Positions 1-14,215 of a DNA stretch of 64,000 bases are shown here, one piece after another. The stretch spans positions 796,060-860,059 of the forward strand of contig MU058793.1 in the NCBI GenBank assembly GCA_013265495.1. The letters run 5' to 3'. Below the pieces are notes generated by a model. That model saw only the letters and a list, made by a program, of their open reading frames with translations. It was not told the DNA's origin and ran no database searches. The translations under genes were made by a program, and so were the position numbers. The stretch is from Vicugna vicugna. Its lineage: Eukaryota. The first letter of the stretch is position 1. Each line of letters begins with the position of its first letter.

Positions 1-300
1 TGTAAATAATTTCATTTGTGTTCTTTTATTAGATTCCACATATAAGCAATGTCATATGGTAATTTTCTTTCTCTTTCTGGCTTACTTCACTCAGTATGAC
101 GATCTCCAGGTTCAACCATGTTGCTGTAAATGACATTATTTTATTCTGTTTTATGGCTGAGTAGTGCTCCATTGTATGTATACACCACAACTTCTTTATC
201 CGTTCATCTGTACATGGACATTTAGATTGCTTCCATGTCTTGGCTATTGTAAATAGGGCTGCTATGAACATTGGGGTGCATGTACCTTTTTGAATTAGAA
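1..300 (-). mobile_element. L1 3' fragment (ORF2 C-terminus/3'UTR)
   Basis: ORF 29..349(-) contains the L1 ORF2p C-terminal signature TCTPMFIAALFTIAKTWKQSKCP...MEHYSAIK...LEIVILSEVSQKEK. Confidence 0.95.
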
Positions 301-635
301 GGAAACAGGCTTTCAACCAGTCCTCCTGGACTCTGATCCCCTGCTTCACCCCATCTGTGTTCCTTACTCCAAGCCTTTGGGTCTGTGGTTTAAATCAGGT
401 TGATTTTTAGCTTTTCACACTGCAGGCTTGAGGTTCCATTTTCTCAAGTGTGCTAAGTTGGTTACCAACCCACATATCTGCTATTGGTCTCCAAAAATGT
501 GTTGCTGCCATCTCCCCTCCCATTCATTTACTCAAAACAAAACACTTCACTTTAGTGGTGTTTCAGGAGAGAATGAAAATAAACAACAAAATGCATGGAT
601 TTCAAATGTCAACTCTGTTCAGATGTCCCACAGAG

Positions 636-830
636 CACTTTACCTATGTTATTTCATTTACCTCCTCACCATCCCCCTCTAAGCAAAGTACAATTATTTT
701 CCCTATTTCCCCCCTTTGTGGAAACCAAAGCTCAGAGAGATTAATTTACCCAAGGACACACAACCAACAGGAGGCATAAGTACAATTTAAAATCTGGTCT
801 GACCCCAGAGCCTCATTTTTAATTATCACA
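636..830 (+). mobile_element. MIR-like SINE relic
   Basis: Degenerate MIR core ...ggaaaccaaagctcagagagattaatttacccaagg...tctggtctgaccccagagcc. Confidence 0.6.
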
Positions 831-1514
831 CTAATGAGCAATGTACAGAAATAATGGAGACCTAAAAAGAAAAACATATGGATGTTACTCTAGACCCTGT
901 AATCCATAGTTTCTTATGTAGGACAGACAGTATATAAAAAATTGGACCAGATTTGAACTAAAATGTATTACACAAGTGTTTGCACTCCAATGTCTTAGGC
1001 TTAGTTAAACAATTGTTTGAAAGTTTGGATTACAATTCACATCTTATTGGATTGTAATATAATGGGTAGCATTCCAAACAAAGTACTATAGCGTGAATGA
1101 AGACAAATTTGAAATTTGAGTTCCTTCAGTGAATAATTTGACCCAAGTCAGTAACTTCATCAAAGGTACTTCAGCTGGTAAAATAAGGCAGAGCTAATAT
1201 TCAAACTTGTTATAATGTGAGCATGTGAAATGAAATTTTCTCTTCCAGCTACTGATCATCTTTGCTTTTCATCAAGTGTTTCAAGGAGTGAGAGAGACTC
1301 ATAAAGTTTTCTTCTGTCAGGAGGAATCTATTTAGTGTAACACTCCTGTTCTGTCTCTAGTCCCCTGTTCCCCCAGATGAGGGAAAGTGGGCAGAAGAAA
1401 TTGTAAATGCATAGTCTTCCTCTCTCTTTCCTTTTTGTATGCTGGTTGTCTACCAGAAGCATTTTTCCCCCTTGTTCTAAGGGCCAGGGCTGCCTGTGAC
1501 TAGTGTGTAACCGT

Positions 1515-1855
1515 GTGTGTCAATCAAGGTTCCACCAGAAAAAGATTTATTACATGGAACTGGCTTACACAATTGTGGGAGTTGGCCAAGCAAATCCAAA
1601 ATTCATAGGGCAGGCTACCTGGGCATGCTGGAAACTCTGGAGCAGGAACAGATGCTGTTGTTCACAAGCTTAATTGCTCCTTCCTCAAGGAAACCTCAGT
1701 TTTGTTCATAAGTCCTTTCAACTGATTAGATCTGGTCCACCTAGATTATCAGGAAAATTTTCCTTCCATAAAGTACGTTGATTATAGATGCTAAACACAT
1801 CTGCGAAATACCTTCAAAGCAACATCTCAATTAGATGAACAAACTGTAGCCTTGT
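1515..1855. mobile_element. MLT2-like ERVL LTR relic
   Basis: The segments gatttattacatggaactggcttacacaattgtgggag and cctttcaactgattagatctggtccacctagattat resemble the recalled MLT2 consensus. Confidence 0.65.
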
Positions 1856-2640
1856 CTCACATGGACTTCTGTTTGTATGCTATACTTTAATAAAACATTC
1901 AAAATATATATCCTACAGATTATCTACTACATTGGAGTTATTGAAAGCGGGACACCCATTTCATGTCGATGAATGGTTTTTATATGGATTCAGATTCTCT
2001 GATAATGAATTCCCCAAATGAAGCGCTACATTATTTTATTGAGTTCTGCTGGTTCTCAGTTCTAGTTTCCGTTACCTAAAAATTTAGGTAATATTTTTCC
2101 TGGGGTTTAGCTAAGAAATATGAGGCCAAACCAAAAACAGAAATAGAGTCTTCCTATCCTTAAATGTCTTTGACAAATTCAGTACAGCTCATTCCGTGGC
2201 CATTTAGGAGGTTCTACTATGTCTTGAGTTCTGTGCCAGTCCCTGGGGGATGTCCAGCTGCCCTCAGGGAACTTACATGCTAGTGGCATCAACTTCACTT
2301 CAGTAACAGGAACTCATTATTTCACAAGGGAGCCTATTTTACTCCCAGGTAACTCTGATTGTTAAAAATGGCTTCCATATGTTAAGCCAAAAATCTATGT
2401 CCCTCTGGAGTTTGTTTGGTTTGGTCTATGAAGTAAGAGAACAAACATCTATGTCTTCTGAGCCTCCTTTTCCCTAGATCAAGCTGTCTTGGTCCCTCTC
2501 TCTTTATCCTGTTGGATACCCATTTCAAGTACTCCACTTTCTGGTCACCCTCCTGGGACGAGCTCCAGATTGGCAAGATTTTTACTAAAGTATTAGATTC
2601 AGAGCCAGACACAGTCTTCTAGGTGAGAGCTGATCTAGAG

Positions 2641-2823
2641 CAGGGTTTCTCAACCTTGGCACGATTGACATTTGGGGCAGGATAAGTCTTTGTGGTGGGA
2701 GCTGCCCTGTGTGTGGTAGAATGTGTAGCAGCATCCCTGGTTTTTATAGTTGTGACAAAGATGTCTCCAGACATTGCCAAGTGTCCCCCAGGGGACAAAA
2801 TCACCCCTCATTACAAACCACTG
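2641..2823 (+). mobile_element. MER20-like hAT DNA transposon
   Basis: cagggtttctcaaccttggcac...gatgtctccagacattgccaagtgtcccc...aaaccactg, with CAG...CTG termini and ctag-containing flanks. Confidence 0.85.
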
Positions 2824-5800
2824 AACTAGAACAGCACGATTGCCAAGTTTTCTGTCTGGACATTCTACATCTACTGTTAAGCCATCAAGTCGCCCATCTT
2901 ACATGGACTTCTCAGGCAATCACTACAGGTTTGCTCTTGCTTGCTCTAAACTACATCACCCCAAATAAATCCATACAAACATAAAAGTAAAGTAGACTAA
3001 AAAGGCAATTGCCCAAAGAAAAACAAAGATGGCATTGTGGCCCCACAAAGTAGAACCTCTCTCTCTCTCTCTTTGCTCCTATAAAATAAAATCAATAGCT
3101 TCATTTTACATCCACACCTCTTTCAAAAGAGAACTGTCAGAGCAGAATTAGACAGAGAAAGCTTGAGTTTCTATGACCAGATGAAAGCAAACCAAGTTCC
3201 AGAAACACAGTACATATAAATCTGATGGCCCACCAACCCCATCCCCTACCCCCATCATGGTGGGGCAGGGGGCAAAAAAAGTTTATGAGAAGGAGAGAGA
3301 TTCGGTAGACTGTCAGGTATCTTAGAATCCTCAAGAATCAAACAAGTCAAAATCAAAAATCTGGTCTTCATCCTTTGCATAATACACGGGTCTTATTCTT
3401 ACTCTTAAATGAATGAACAACAGCCTAGTGTGTACAAAGCAAACACTTGGAGATTCAGTGGGTGTGCCTTTGCCCTAAAACTGAAGGAGGATCTTAATCA
3501 AGCTGAATTTAGTTTAGCTGGTGGACTTTTGAAATGGGCAAGAGATTGGATCTTGGTTACTTTGTAAACTACAGAAATTCAAGTTTGTTGCTAGCATTAG
3601 CTTAACACTTCTCTGTCAGGACACACTAGAATTCTCTTTACAGAATGAGATCAGCTTGCTGCCAAATTGCACTTCCGGAAGAGAGAAGTGCAAGCAGTTA
3701 GCACAGGAAGGTAAACAAAGCAGTCTGCTTTTTTTTTTTTTTCCTTTTTCTTCTCTATAACAAATGCACTTTGAGTTATCCTACTTATGTCGAGGGTAGG
3801 GGGCAGATGGGAGACACACTGTTTTGTTTTTGGTGTCCATAACTGGGGGAATTCCTTGAAGCTTGGGGTGGGAAGCGGGCAGTGAAAGGCCAATCGTTGA
3901 TTCTTTTGTTTGGTTTTTATTGTGCATGACTAAATGTATTAGACATGTTGGATCACAGAGAATATGCATCTGTGAATCACGGCACTGCTGAATTTGTATG
4001 TGTTTTGCCTACTAATACCAGTTGCCCTTTCCAGCTACAAAAGGCCTCCCCCTACTAACGTGGTATCTGAGTTACTTCCATAAAATTAGAGACAGAATGT
4101 ACCACGGGAGTTTTTTGTAAGAAACAAGAGATCTTTCCCAATGCCCTTAGACAGATGGATGGATAGATAGATAGATAGATATTCTGATTTTCTGTGGTTT
4201 GTGTTTTCCTCAAAAACAAAAGAGGAAAAGACCACTGATGGGAAAGTAGAAAGCATGGCACAGAAAAGGGAGTGATGAACATAATAGGTTTGAGAAGCAA
4301 TTCTTTATAGCTTCCAACAACTAAAAGTAAATGCACACTTTTTAATTTAATCTTTTCAGCCAAAACTCGTTGAACCTCTACTATGTGAAAGGAGTTTGGC
4401 TTGGCTAGGTCGTGTTCCATATGCTCGCTGGAAAGCTACTGATTCAAAGGACAGACCATTTCTGTAACTAGATGGGTGGGTTTTTACTCTTCTGCGGATG
4501 GAGTGGTGATAAAGCACTGGGCTACAACTAGACACCAGGGGGAGAAATCTGAACGTCGTAAGGTTTTCATCAGCTTTATTGTCATTCCTTGGAAGAAGAA
4601 AAATGAGATTTACTTAATCGCAGAACTATGACAAATTTCTTTCTTCAAATCTCAAAATGTTTTTCAGTGAAGATTTTCAATTGAGAGAGATTATTATTTC
4701 AGGGGGAAATCCTTGAAAACTCCTTTGCTCCATGTTTGAAAATCCCTCGCCAAGAGGATTACTGCGAGCTTTATTGCTATGTCACGAAGCCAGGTGCTTT
4801 GTGTTTAAAACAAAGGTAGTGTGGTATACTGGAAAAGAACACTGGACCGGGAGGGAGGGGTCTGATTGCGTTCCTGGCCCTCCCTCTACTATACGATCTT
4901 GAATAAGTCACTATATTTCTCTATGCCTTAGTTTCCCCATTTGCAAAAGGAGGGCTTTGAGGTAGACTATCTGTAAGACCCCAACAGCTCAAAGAAATCT
5001 TGAGATGAAATTTGTTCCTGTCTGCCAGCCAGATCTGATTCTGAGCAAACATATTTGCTCTGCGGGATGGCTGTGTTTCCCCATACACATAATTGAAGAT
5101 CTTTTATACCTGAAGTTACAATTTCACCATTTACCTACCCAATTTCATTTAGGGTCTCCTCATTCTGCTTTGAAGTTCAAAGAAAGAGAAGACTCTGTAT
5201 AATGAGAATGGCCCCTTTGAAATGTTCCCTTCGCAGCTGCAGGCTCGGTGGATTCTGCACTGTACAAAGGCGAGGAGGCTATTGTGATGCAGATGTGCTC
5301 CAAAGTGCGTCTGCAGCAAGAACATTTCCATGGGTCTTTACTGTATTTCTTCTATTATTCATAGAACACAATGTAAATGAAGCCATAAATTTTACCCCCC
5401 ACACTAGATGTAGAAAGAAGATAATGGAAATTGTGAATTATGAATGAATCACTGTTATTGTAATTCCTTAAGGATTCTGATGGAGATGATTAAATTCATG
5501 CAAAGATACAGATTCTAAACTTTTATGCCTGAGTCCTTAGTAAGGCTGCTTGGAATTTCACAAGGAATAGAATTGAGATGATCTTGGTTTTGCATTTACC
5601 TGCCAAATTATTTCCCAGATAACCTACCTACGTCTGGACAGATCACCTTATTAAAGGTGAAGAATTCATTTCCAGGGGGGTGGGAGAGTGCTGCAAAATA
5701 TGGGTGCCTCCCAACTATTCAGACATATTGCTTAGGATCTTAAACACAAAACAGTTGAAAGCTTCAACACTGAGCCCTTGGAACTTTTTTTTTTTTTAGA

Positions 5801-8800
5801 AAGACAGAGGGACAGAAAACAAAATAATTAGGAGTCCCTATCCTTCTTTTAAAAAATGATCCAATCTAATAAAGTCAAGGATGCAGATCTTTTTTTCCTG
5901 ATAAAATTTGTTTTGATAACAGGAATTCTGGTCAGCAATTATTCTCTCAACCCTGGTACACAATTCTTCTAAATAATGACAGTGAACCATGAGATTCAGA
6001 AGCTGTTCTGGTTTTGATAATGATAGAAAGTGATTAGAAGTACTTCACTGATCTGAGACAAAGCCTCTGGAAATTTTCAACCTTAATCCACTTTAGCCTC
6101 GTGCAAGGCTTTTAGAAGGTGATAGCCCCCAAAATGAGATTTGAGATGATATTTAACAGTTCAAATGTCATTCTGGAAAGAGTTCTCTTTTGCAGAACCC
6201 CAAAATAGATTTTGGACCTTTTTTTTTATACTACCGAATATGCATGAATTGATAAAGTTACAGGCACATGCAGACTTCTGTTTGGTAGCTGCTTTCAACT
6301 CTCAAACACACAATAATATAAAATGTGGAATATATGTGATTAGACAGGGTGTAAAAGGTACCAGTGGAGATTCTCCATAAAAGATGCTAATAGGCACCAA
6401 AACGCAGTCGATGCAACACGAGCTAGGAGTTCTTGGGCAGCTGAGAACCCTACGCTGGTCCTCAACATCCTCATTTGCAAATGAAAAATTTGGGTTAGAT
6501 GGTGTCTAAGGTAATTCCCAGCTTTCACTTTTTCAGTTCTTGAATAGAAAGCAAAACGAGATGCAAATGTTCTTACTTTACAGGGCCTGGGCTATGAGGT
6601 GTATGTAAAGCTAGGGCTCCATCCTCTGTCCTGAGGACTTAGGAGTGCCCAGAAGTCTAGGATGGAGGTTGTCTACACAGAACCAAGTTGCGGGGGCACA
6701 AACAAGGTCACTGCGGCTGCTAGCCAAGAGGAGTCTTTGCTGGTTGCCAAAGGTTAGGACAACTAATGATCGGAGGATGTGAATCCCCCAGCCCCTGGGT
6801 GCTGCAATCCATGGTGCTCACTTGAACGGGTGCTCAAATGGAGGCCAAGCAGTGCCTGAAAGGAAACTCCCCTCTGGTCCATACAAGTGGGCCCTTTAGC
6901 TCTGCTTCCTTTGGCCCAGGACCCGTCCACATTTCTTCTTCCTCATGGGCCCTCCTGACAACTTCAGGGCATCAGTCAGCACTCAGCCAAGAAAATAGAA
7001 TTAAGACCACACTGAAGGTATTAATGTGGAGAACAAGTTGCAGAGGTGTTGGAAAAGCTGACGGGGCTGTCAGAGATAACCAGGCAACCTGGAGAGCTGC
7101 AAGGACGAAGGGAAGAGCCCAGATGCTCCCTATGGGCTGGAACCAGAGAGAGGATGACACCTGCTGGGAGCTGGAACCACGGAGGTGATGCAGCTGCTGT
7201 CAGAGATGCTACCAGAAGCAGAGAGAAAAGAGGGAGAAACGCCCTGATGTTCCCTCCTCTCACCTCCTGCCACGACGCCTGTGTCACCTTGTAGACAAAG
7301 CTGGGCAGGAGAGCCTGGGAACAGTGTCTGCGGGGGTCAACCCTGCAGTGCAGAGCAGAGCAGCAGAAGGGTGAGAAGCAGGTTTCAGAGCAAGCCCGCA
7401 ATGACCCACACACCTGGGAAATCCTTTCCCCTGTTAGGAACAAGAAGTTATCCTCTTATGCAACTCAAATCCTTTCTGCTCCTCTAAAGCCAAGATTTTC
7501 AAAACTCAAAACCAAGAAGAGACTCTTTTCTCTGAATTTCAGCAAAGACAGCAAAATGGAGTGTCTGACTAACTAGACAGAGAAGCACCAAGAACTGGAG
7601 AGAAAATGCAAGAAACGAAAAACACACGGTTAGTACTTTTTCAGTGTTACACCATCACCTGTTCTCCCCTAAGTGCACGACGCCCTTCTAGACTCAGGGC
7701 CCTGTTGCCTGTCAGTAGCCCCCTGAGTCTCCCATCACTGCGTTCCAGGACGAAAATTTATTTTTACATGTGGAAACAGTTGACATCAACTTGACTCACA
7801 TTATGGTTATATTTAATGAATGTCCAAATGGACAAATCAATTATTTCTCATCAGACAGGGAATACTCCTCCCCCAGGAGAATTAGTATCACAGAGACAGC
7901 CTACATTCATTCTTCATATACTCCAATTAGGTAACACTAGGAGACGAATGCCAATGACTCATCCCTCAAAATCACCTAGGAAGACGTCCTTTTCTGCCCT
8001 CATTTCTAACTTATGGTGTGCGGTCACGCGTCCATAACACCCACTACTGCTTTTCCATCGCTTGATTCACACTTGTAATTACCAGTATGAAGTTTCTTGC
8101 CTCGCAATATTAAGCTCCAACTTTGTAGGGATTGCATCAGTGTGATTCACCAGTACATCCCTAGTTCCATCAGCACACAGCAGGTGTTTCATAAATATTT
8201 GTGGAATGAATAGGTGAATGAATAAATAAAGCCAACTCATAGGACTGCCTTCAAGCATGCTGGAGAGAGATTTTCCTCTTTGGAAAGACAGCCTTTCACG
8301 CAGACAAAGAAGGAAGTGTAAAAGATTGCCTGCTGGCCCACCGTGACTACCAAATTCTATGCACAGGCTCACCTCCCAGGATTCACATACGTAGTCCCCA
8401 GGTGGCTCCTGTTAAGTAGCTCTTACTTCAGTGGCATATTTGGGCCATATCAGAGAAGAAAGTAGTTGACAAGAATGAACTGAACATTCTGAGGTTACAG
8501 GGGCATACAGGATTTAGGCTTGGGAATAGCGACTTGAATTAAAATGATTCGTTCCAAGTACAATTTGCAAAATGTAATTTTTATGTCTGACTCTCCTCGA
8601 AAATCTTTCACCTTTTTATGACATTTTCATAATTACTTTTGGAGAAAGTTTCCTTTTCTAAAAACTATGGGTTTCTGAAACATCAGTGATTCCTTCCTCA
8701 GTCTTACTGTTCTTAAATTAACATAAAGCAAAAGTCCAGTTTATACAGAAGACTTTAACCAATGGATAGGTCCATTGGTGGTTTACAAACCACCTAAAGT

Positions 8801-9552
8801 ATTTTTTTTAAAGGAGGGGACAAAGAAGAGGCTCCCAAGCATGATCACTCCTCAAAATCACCTCAGATTTTTGGGGTGTATATTTCCAAGTCTCTCCCTA
8901 GAGATTGCGACTCAGCTGGCCTGGAGTGGTTCCCATCCACTGTACCTGCATCACAAAGTCCTGCACATAGTGCTGTAGATCAGACATTTGGGGTCCCACT
9001 AAGTTCCTTTCAAGCTTTGACATTCTAAGCATAGTAGTCTTTTCATCAGCAAAGGAGAGCTTGTCCCAGAAGCCCCTACTTTGTAAAGGCAAGGGTTCTC
9101 CCCCTCCAGTGTTCTGCTTGGCGGTTCTGACCAGTAAGAACTGTTTACTGAGTGTTTCTACACAGTCAGGCTCTCAGCAATGCCAAGTGAGCTAAGGGTT
9201 TTCCAACACTACCTCAATTCCTGCAGCAACTCTTCCAAGTAGGTCTAATAGCCTCCCTCCCACAAATGAGTCACCAAGGCTTTGAGAGGCTAAAAAGATT
9301 GCCACAAGTCTCTTGGCTTCAAACTGGTGGAAGCAGAATTTGAAATCACAGCTATCTGATTCCAAAACCACAAGCTTAACCACTGCTCTAGCCCATCGGC
9401 TATAATAAAGGACACAGTCTTCCCACTTAGACAGAGGCACTGGAAGCAGGGACAAGATCCAAATCCCAACCACTCCTCTCAATCAGAAGGTGAGCAAAAT
9501 ATAGACAGAAGGGCAAAAGCACACCCATTTCTTTTCCAGGCAAAAATCCCAC

Positions 9553-10480
9553 TGTTCGCATTGCCCACAATAACCAAAAGGTGGAAACAACCCAAATACC
9601 CAGCAACAGATGAACGGATTAAAAAAAATATGGTACATATTATTCTACAAAAAAGGAGAAAACCCTGCCATTTATGTCATGAATGGATCTTGAGGGTGTT
9701 ATGCTAAGTGAAGTAAGTCAGACAGAGAAAGACAAATACTGTATGATTGCACTTACATGGAGAATCTAAAAAAATTTTTTTTCTTAAACCTCATAGACAC
9801 AGAAAACAGACTGGTGGTCACCAGAGGCAGGGGTGGGCAAATTGGGTGAAGGTGGTCAGAAAGGTACAAATGTGAAGTTATAAGATAATAAGTCCTGGGA
9901 TGTAATGTACGGAATGGTGACTGTAGTTAATACTGTATTGTATACTTGAAAGCTACTAAGAGAGTAAATCTTAAAATTTCTCATCACAAGAGAAAAATTA
10001 TAACTACGTGAGGTGATGAATGTTAACTAAACTTACTGTGGTGATCATAAATACCTATATCAAATTACTATGTTGTACACCTAAAATGAATATGTTATAT
10101 GTCAATTATATCTCAATTTTTTAAATGTGATATATGCCTACAATGAAATATTATTCAGCCTTAAAAAAAATAGAACGAAACTGGTGCATGCTGCAACACA
10201 AGCTTTGAAAACATTATGCTAAGTGAAATAAGCCAGACACAAAAGGACAAATATTGTAGAAGCTCAGTCATATGAGGTACCTGGAATAAGCAAATTCATG
10301 TAGAGCCAGAAAGAACAACAGAGGTTACTAGGGGATTCGATGGGGCAGAGAAGAGTTATGGTTTAATGGTTACAGAGTTTGGGATGATGAAAAAGTTCTG
10401 AAAATGGTTGCAGGACATTGTGAATATACTGAATGCCTCTGAATTTTACACTTAAATGCAGTTTAAATGATGAAAACAAA
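9553..10480 (+). mobile_element. Nested L1 3'-end fragments
   Basis: Two copies of the ...atgctaagtgaa(g/a)taag(t/c)cagaca...gacaaata motif followed by L1 3'UTR sequence. Confidence 0.9.
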
Positions 10481-12253
10481 ACACAACCAAACTAAACTAA
10501 TCCCAGAAATACACAAATGGTTTAATATTAGAAAATCCATAAATGTAACTCAGTTTAATTGACTAAAAGAGGTAAAATATTTTTTTAAATCTTGCTACTG
10601 TCACTGAGCTCAATGTTATTCCCTGTGCTTAAAGACTGTGAAAGTCAAGTCTGCTTGAAACTTTTAACCCAATCATTAAAATGAGGTGTCAACAGGATAC
10701 TACTGCAAAAATGGCACCAAATGAGGGTCACTTGTAGAGTTTACTATTCTTTTATTTTACTTTTTTCTTCTGTTTGTCCAGAGAAATTAAATCAGTAAAC
10801 ATATGGTCTTTTAAAATGTGATTTATGGGGCTGTTCAAATACTCTTTTCTGGTGGTTCTTCCCCCACCCAAGCCCAGCACGTCCAGTCCCACTGCTCCCC
10901 AAGACTTCCCATTGCAAATGTTTCGGCCAAGTAAATGGATTTCAATTTTTTTTCCCATTTCAAACAGTGTGGAGTTTCCTATTCACCTGTAAAGAGACTT
11001 TAATAGAACAGTTCTCTATAGCTTTGGAAGAAGAGAGACAAAAGAGTTACCAACTCTACAAAATCACAACCTGTCTGAGTCTGCAGAGGGATATTTACCA
11101 AATTCTAGAAGGCCAGGGTCTACGGAACTCAAGCTTTCAAGTGTCCCAAGCATGGGACCCCTCATAAGCACGTAGACTTGGGCAAAAGCACAGGTCACAT
11201 GCCAATGAAGTCAGCTCTGGTCTTTATTCTTAACCACTGTATCCCCAGCTCCTACATACTTCAGACATAGTAGGTGTCCAACAAAGATTTATTTATTTAT
11301 AAGCAGACAGAGTGCAGAAATTCTCTGACATCCACTTCTGCCTTTGCTCCATCCATCTCCCACCACTTCAAGCCAAGAAACACGATTCCTGCTACGGTCA
11401 CTTCTTTGCAACCAGCCCTGCACAACTTTGTTTAAAGGTTAGAAACTTCTCCAGCAGCCTCATCCAAGAGCCACTAAGATTGAGATTTCTCAGAAGTTAC
11501 AGCTGAGAAATGTATTTTTATGTTTCCTTAAAGGAGACTCCAGTGCATCCTTCAGTGAACTGTTCTTGAACAAGAGGGGAAAATCAATGCTTTCAGATAG
11601 CATTACGCTGCCCTGAATAATCCTGAAGCTGCCCATGACTTACTGTAGAGGGTATAATTGAAGTGAGGATAAACTGCACACCATTCAAAGTCTACTAAAT
11701 TGAAACCGTTCTTTTTGTTGACACATGCTTGGGAAGCTGTAGATAATGTGATTTAAAGTAAATACACTGGCCCAGTATACTTAGATAATTGAAATAAATA
11801 TGGAATAACCCATGGAGTCCACAGGCAGTTGGGTCCATTAACCCCTTGTGTACTAGGACAGGACACCTGCCTGAGAAGGAGGAAGTGGCCCTGAGTAAAT
11901 TTGGGGAAAAAGAGGGCCCACACCCTCAGAGGAGATGGACACTTTCAAATGTCGAGTTTTTAGAGAGTTTCTGTGGAAAATTCCTGCCAGGTGCTGAATC
12001 TTCTCTTGATTCTCCCACCATGCAATTCTGAGTCAATATTAAAGGCTCCTGATACCCCAGGGCAACAGTTGCAACAGATTTAAAAAAGAGAGAGAGAGAG
12101 CAATGAACTAGTTTTCCTTCCTTTGATGGTTCCCAAGGAACCATAAGGAGCAAAACTCAAAAAGCTGCATTAAAATGATGGCATCAGGGCACATTTGAAC
12201 AATCTGAATGTGTGATTTCTCAGTCAGGATGTACCTGAGCACCCAAGGGGTTG

Positions 12254-12921
12254 TGTATCAATCAGCTAGGTTTCCATCAGAGAAGCAGAGCCACAATGAG
12301 CGAAAAGACAGGTGTGTTATAGGGCTTAGGTCATCAGTGATCCAGGAGCCAGTCAGTTAGTCATCTGTAAAGGTCTGTTGCCCTGTGTCTGGTCCTGAAG
12401 TCAGCAGGCTTAGCCATTGCAAAAGGAAGGTACACATGACATGAGGGTGAATAAGGCCAAAATGGAACTAGAAGAATATTCTGGGACCACAAGGAATGAA
12501 GGGAGTGGGTGTCTGGGTCCCACGGGAACCCACATTAGTTTCTCACCACCTCCAAGCCTGCAGCATCACTGATACAGGTGACTTGCTGAGGGGCACCTAC
12601 ACTAGCCTGATGCAGAATTCAGAGAAGCTGAGGGAGGAGCCAGCAGGACTGGGAGGAGCCATGGCCCCCACTGCCCTACCCCCACCCCCACTGGTCCACG
12701 TGATCAGCAGACCCAGGTTATCCAGCGGGAGCTACAGCAGCGCCTGACCCTGTACCACCTTCCATAGAAACAGGGTAGCCACGTCCCCTCCACCTTCCAA
12801 ATCTTACAGAGTTTTCTCTCATAACCAAGCTTAATCCAGAACCATGCAAGGAAAGGAAATCTGGAAAATTCAAGGAAAGGAATTTGGGGAAATACAGCTC
12901 CAACTTGGGTAAACATGATAC
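12254..12921. mobile_element. Old LTR-like element (solo LTR, family unassigned)
   Basis: TGTATCA...TGATACA inverted termini; the body resembles ERVL-type LTRs. Confidence 0.55.
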
Positions 12922-13094
12922 AAATCCCTGGGGGACAATGGATAGCAGAACACCAAAAGCATGTTTCGCCAGCACTCTTTGGAATAATCTTTGAATGTGT
13001 AACTTCTCAGTTAGGATGTATCATAACACCCAAGAGAGTGTGACTGAAATTGGACACAGCCCTAGATTGGAGTAGAACTGAGGTACGCATACAG

Positions 13095-13305
13095 CAGTGG
13101 CCTCAACTGGGGACCATTTTCTCCCAGGGGGCATTTGGTGATTCTGAAGACATTTTTGGATGTCCCACCTGGAAGTGTGCAACAGGGATCTTGTCAGTAG
13201 AGACCAGAGATGCCACTAAACATCCCACAATGCACAGGGCAGCCACCCACAACAAAGAAACACATAGACCAAAATGTCAAGAGTGCTGAGACTGAAAAGC
13301 CCAGA
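13095..13305 (-). mobile_element. MER20-like hAT DNA transposon
   Basis: Reverse-orientation counterpart of 2641-2823 (...gatgccactaaacatcccacaatgcacagggcagcc...aaatgtcaagagtgctgag). Confidence 0.8.
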
Positions 13306-13743
13306 CATAGAGGAAGGGGCACATGATCTCTTAGAGTCAAGGAGGGTTCCAAGAAAACCAGGGGGAAAAAAGTATAATATATACTATAACTATATACTAT
13401 AACTATATACAATATATACTTTAATATATTTAAGTATAATATAAACTTTAAAACTCCATACTTCCAGTTAGAATAAGAGAATCTCACTCATAAAAGAAAT
13501 GAAGTAGGTTAGTCTGTATTGATCAGCATGTATTGATATGGTTAACGATGGCTGAAAAAAAGCAAATCATACAAAAAACAGTATGCGTGGTATAATGCCT
13601 TTTTGGTAATGGGCAACACACACAAACTTCAATGCCATCTCATTTGGGTTCTCCCAGAAACAAACCCTGAGACAAGGATTCAAGATCAAGTTGTTTACTT
13701 GGGAGATGATTCCAGGAAGCGCAGGTAAAAGAGTGAGAAGTGA

Positions 13744-14215
13744 ATATATACAATGGAATACTACCAAGTACTATTCAGAAGTCAATACTGTTCATCAGAA
13801 AAAGAATAGAATGTTGCCACTTGCAGCAACATGGATGGACTTGGAGAGTATTATGCTTAGTGAAATAAGTCAACACTGACAAAGACAAACACTGTATGAT
13901 CTCTATTGTATGTGGAATCTAAAAACTACAAGTAGTGAATAAAACAAAAAAGAAGCAGACTCACAGATATGGAGAACAAACTAGAGGTTACCAGTGGGGA
14001 GAGGGAAGGGAGGAGCAGCAAGACAGGGGCAGGGGAGTAAGAGATACAAACTACTACGTTAAAATAAGTGACAAGGATATACTGTACAGCACAGGGAACG
14101 CAGCCAATATTTTGTAATAACCATAAATGGAGTACAACCTTTAAAAGCTGTGAATCACTATATTGTACACCTGTAACTTACAAAATATTGTGTATCAACT
14201 ATACTTCAATTAAAA
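13744..14215 (+). mobile_element. 5'-truncated L1 inserted into an old ERVL-type LTR (about 13640-14550)
   Basis: L1 3' end (MLPLAATWMDLESIMLSEISQ) with an A tail; imperfect TSD aaaagagtgagaagtga (13727-13743) / aaaggagtgggaactga (14216-14232). Confidence 0.85.

Noticed and set aside
3668..3695. Short inverted repeat ttgcacttc...gaagtgcaa around an ETS-like palindrome
   Set aside because: A 9-bp stem is expected by chance in 64 kb.
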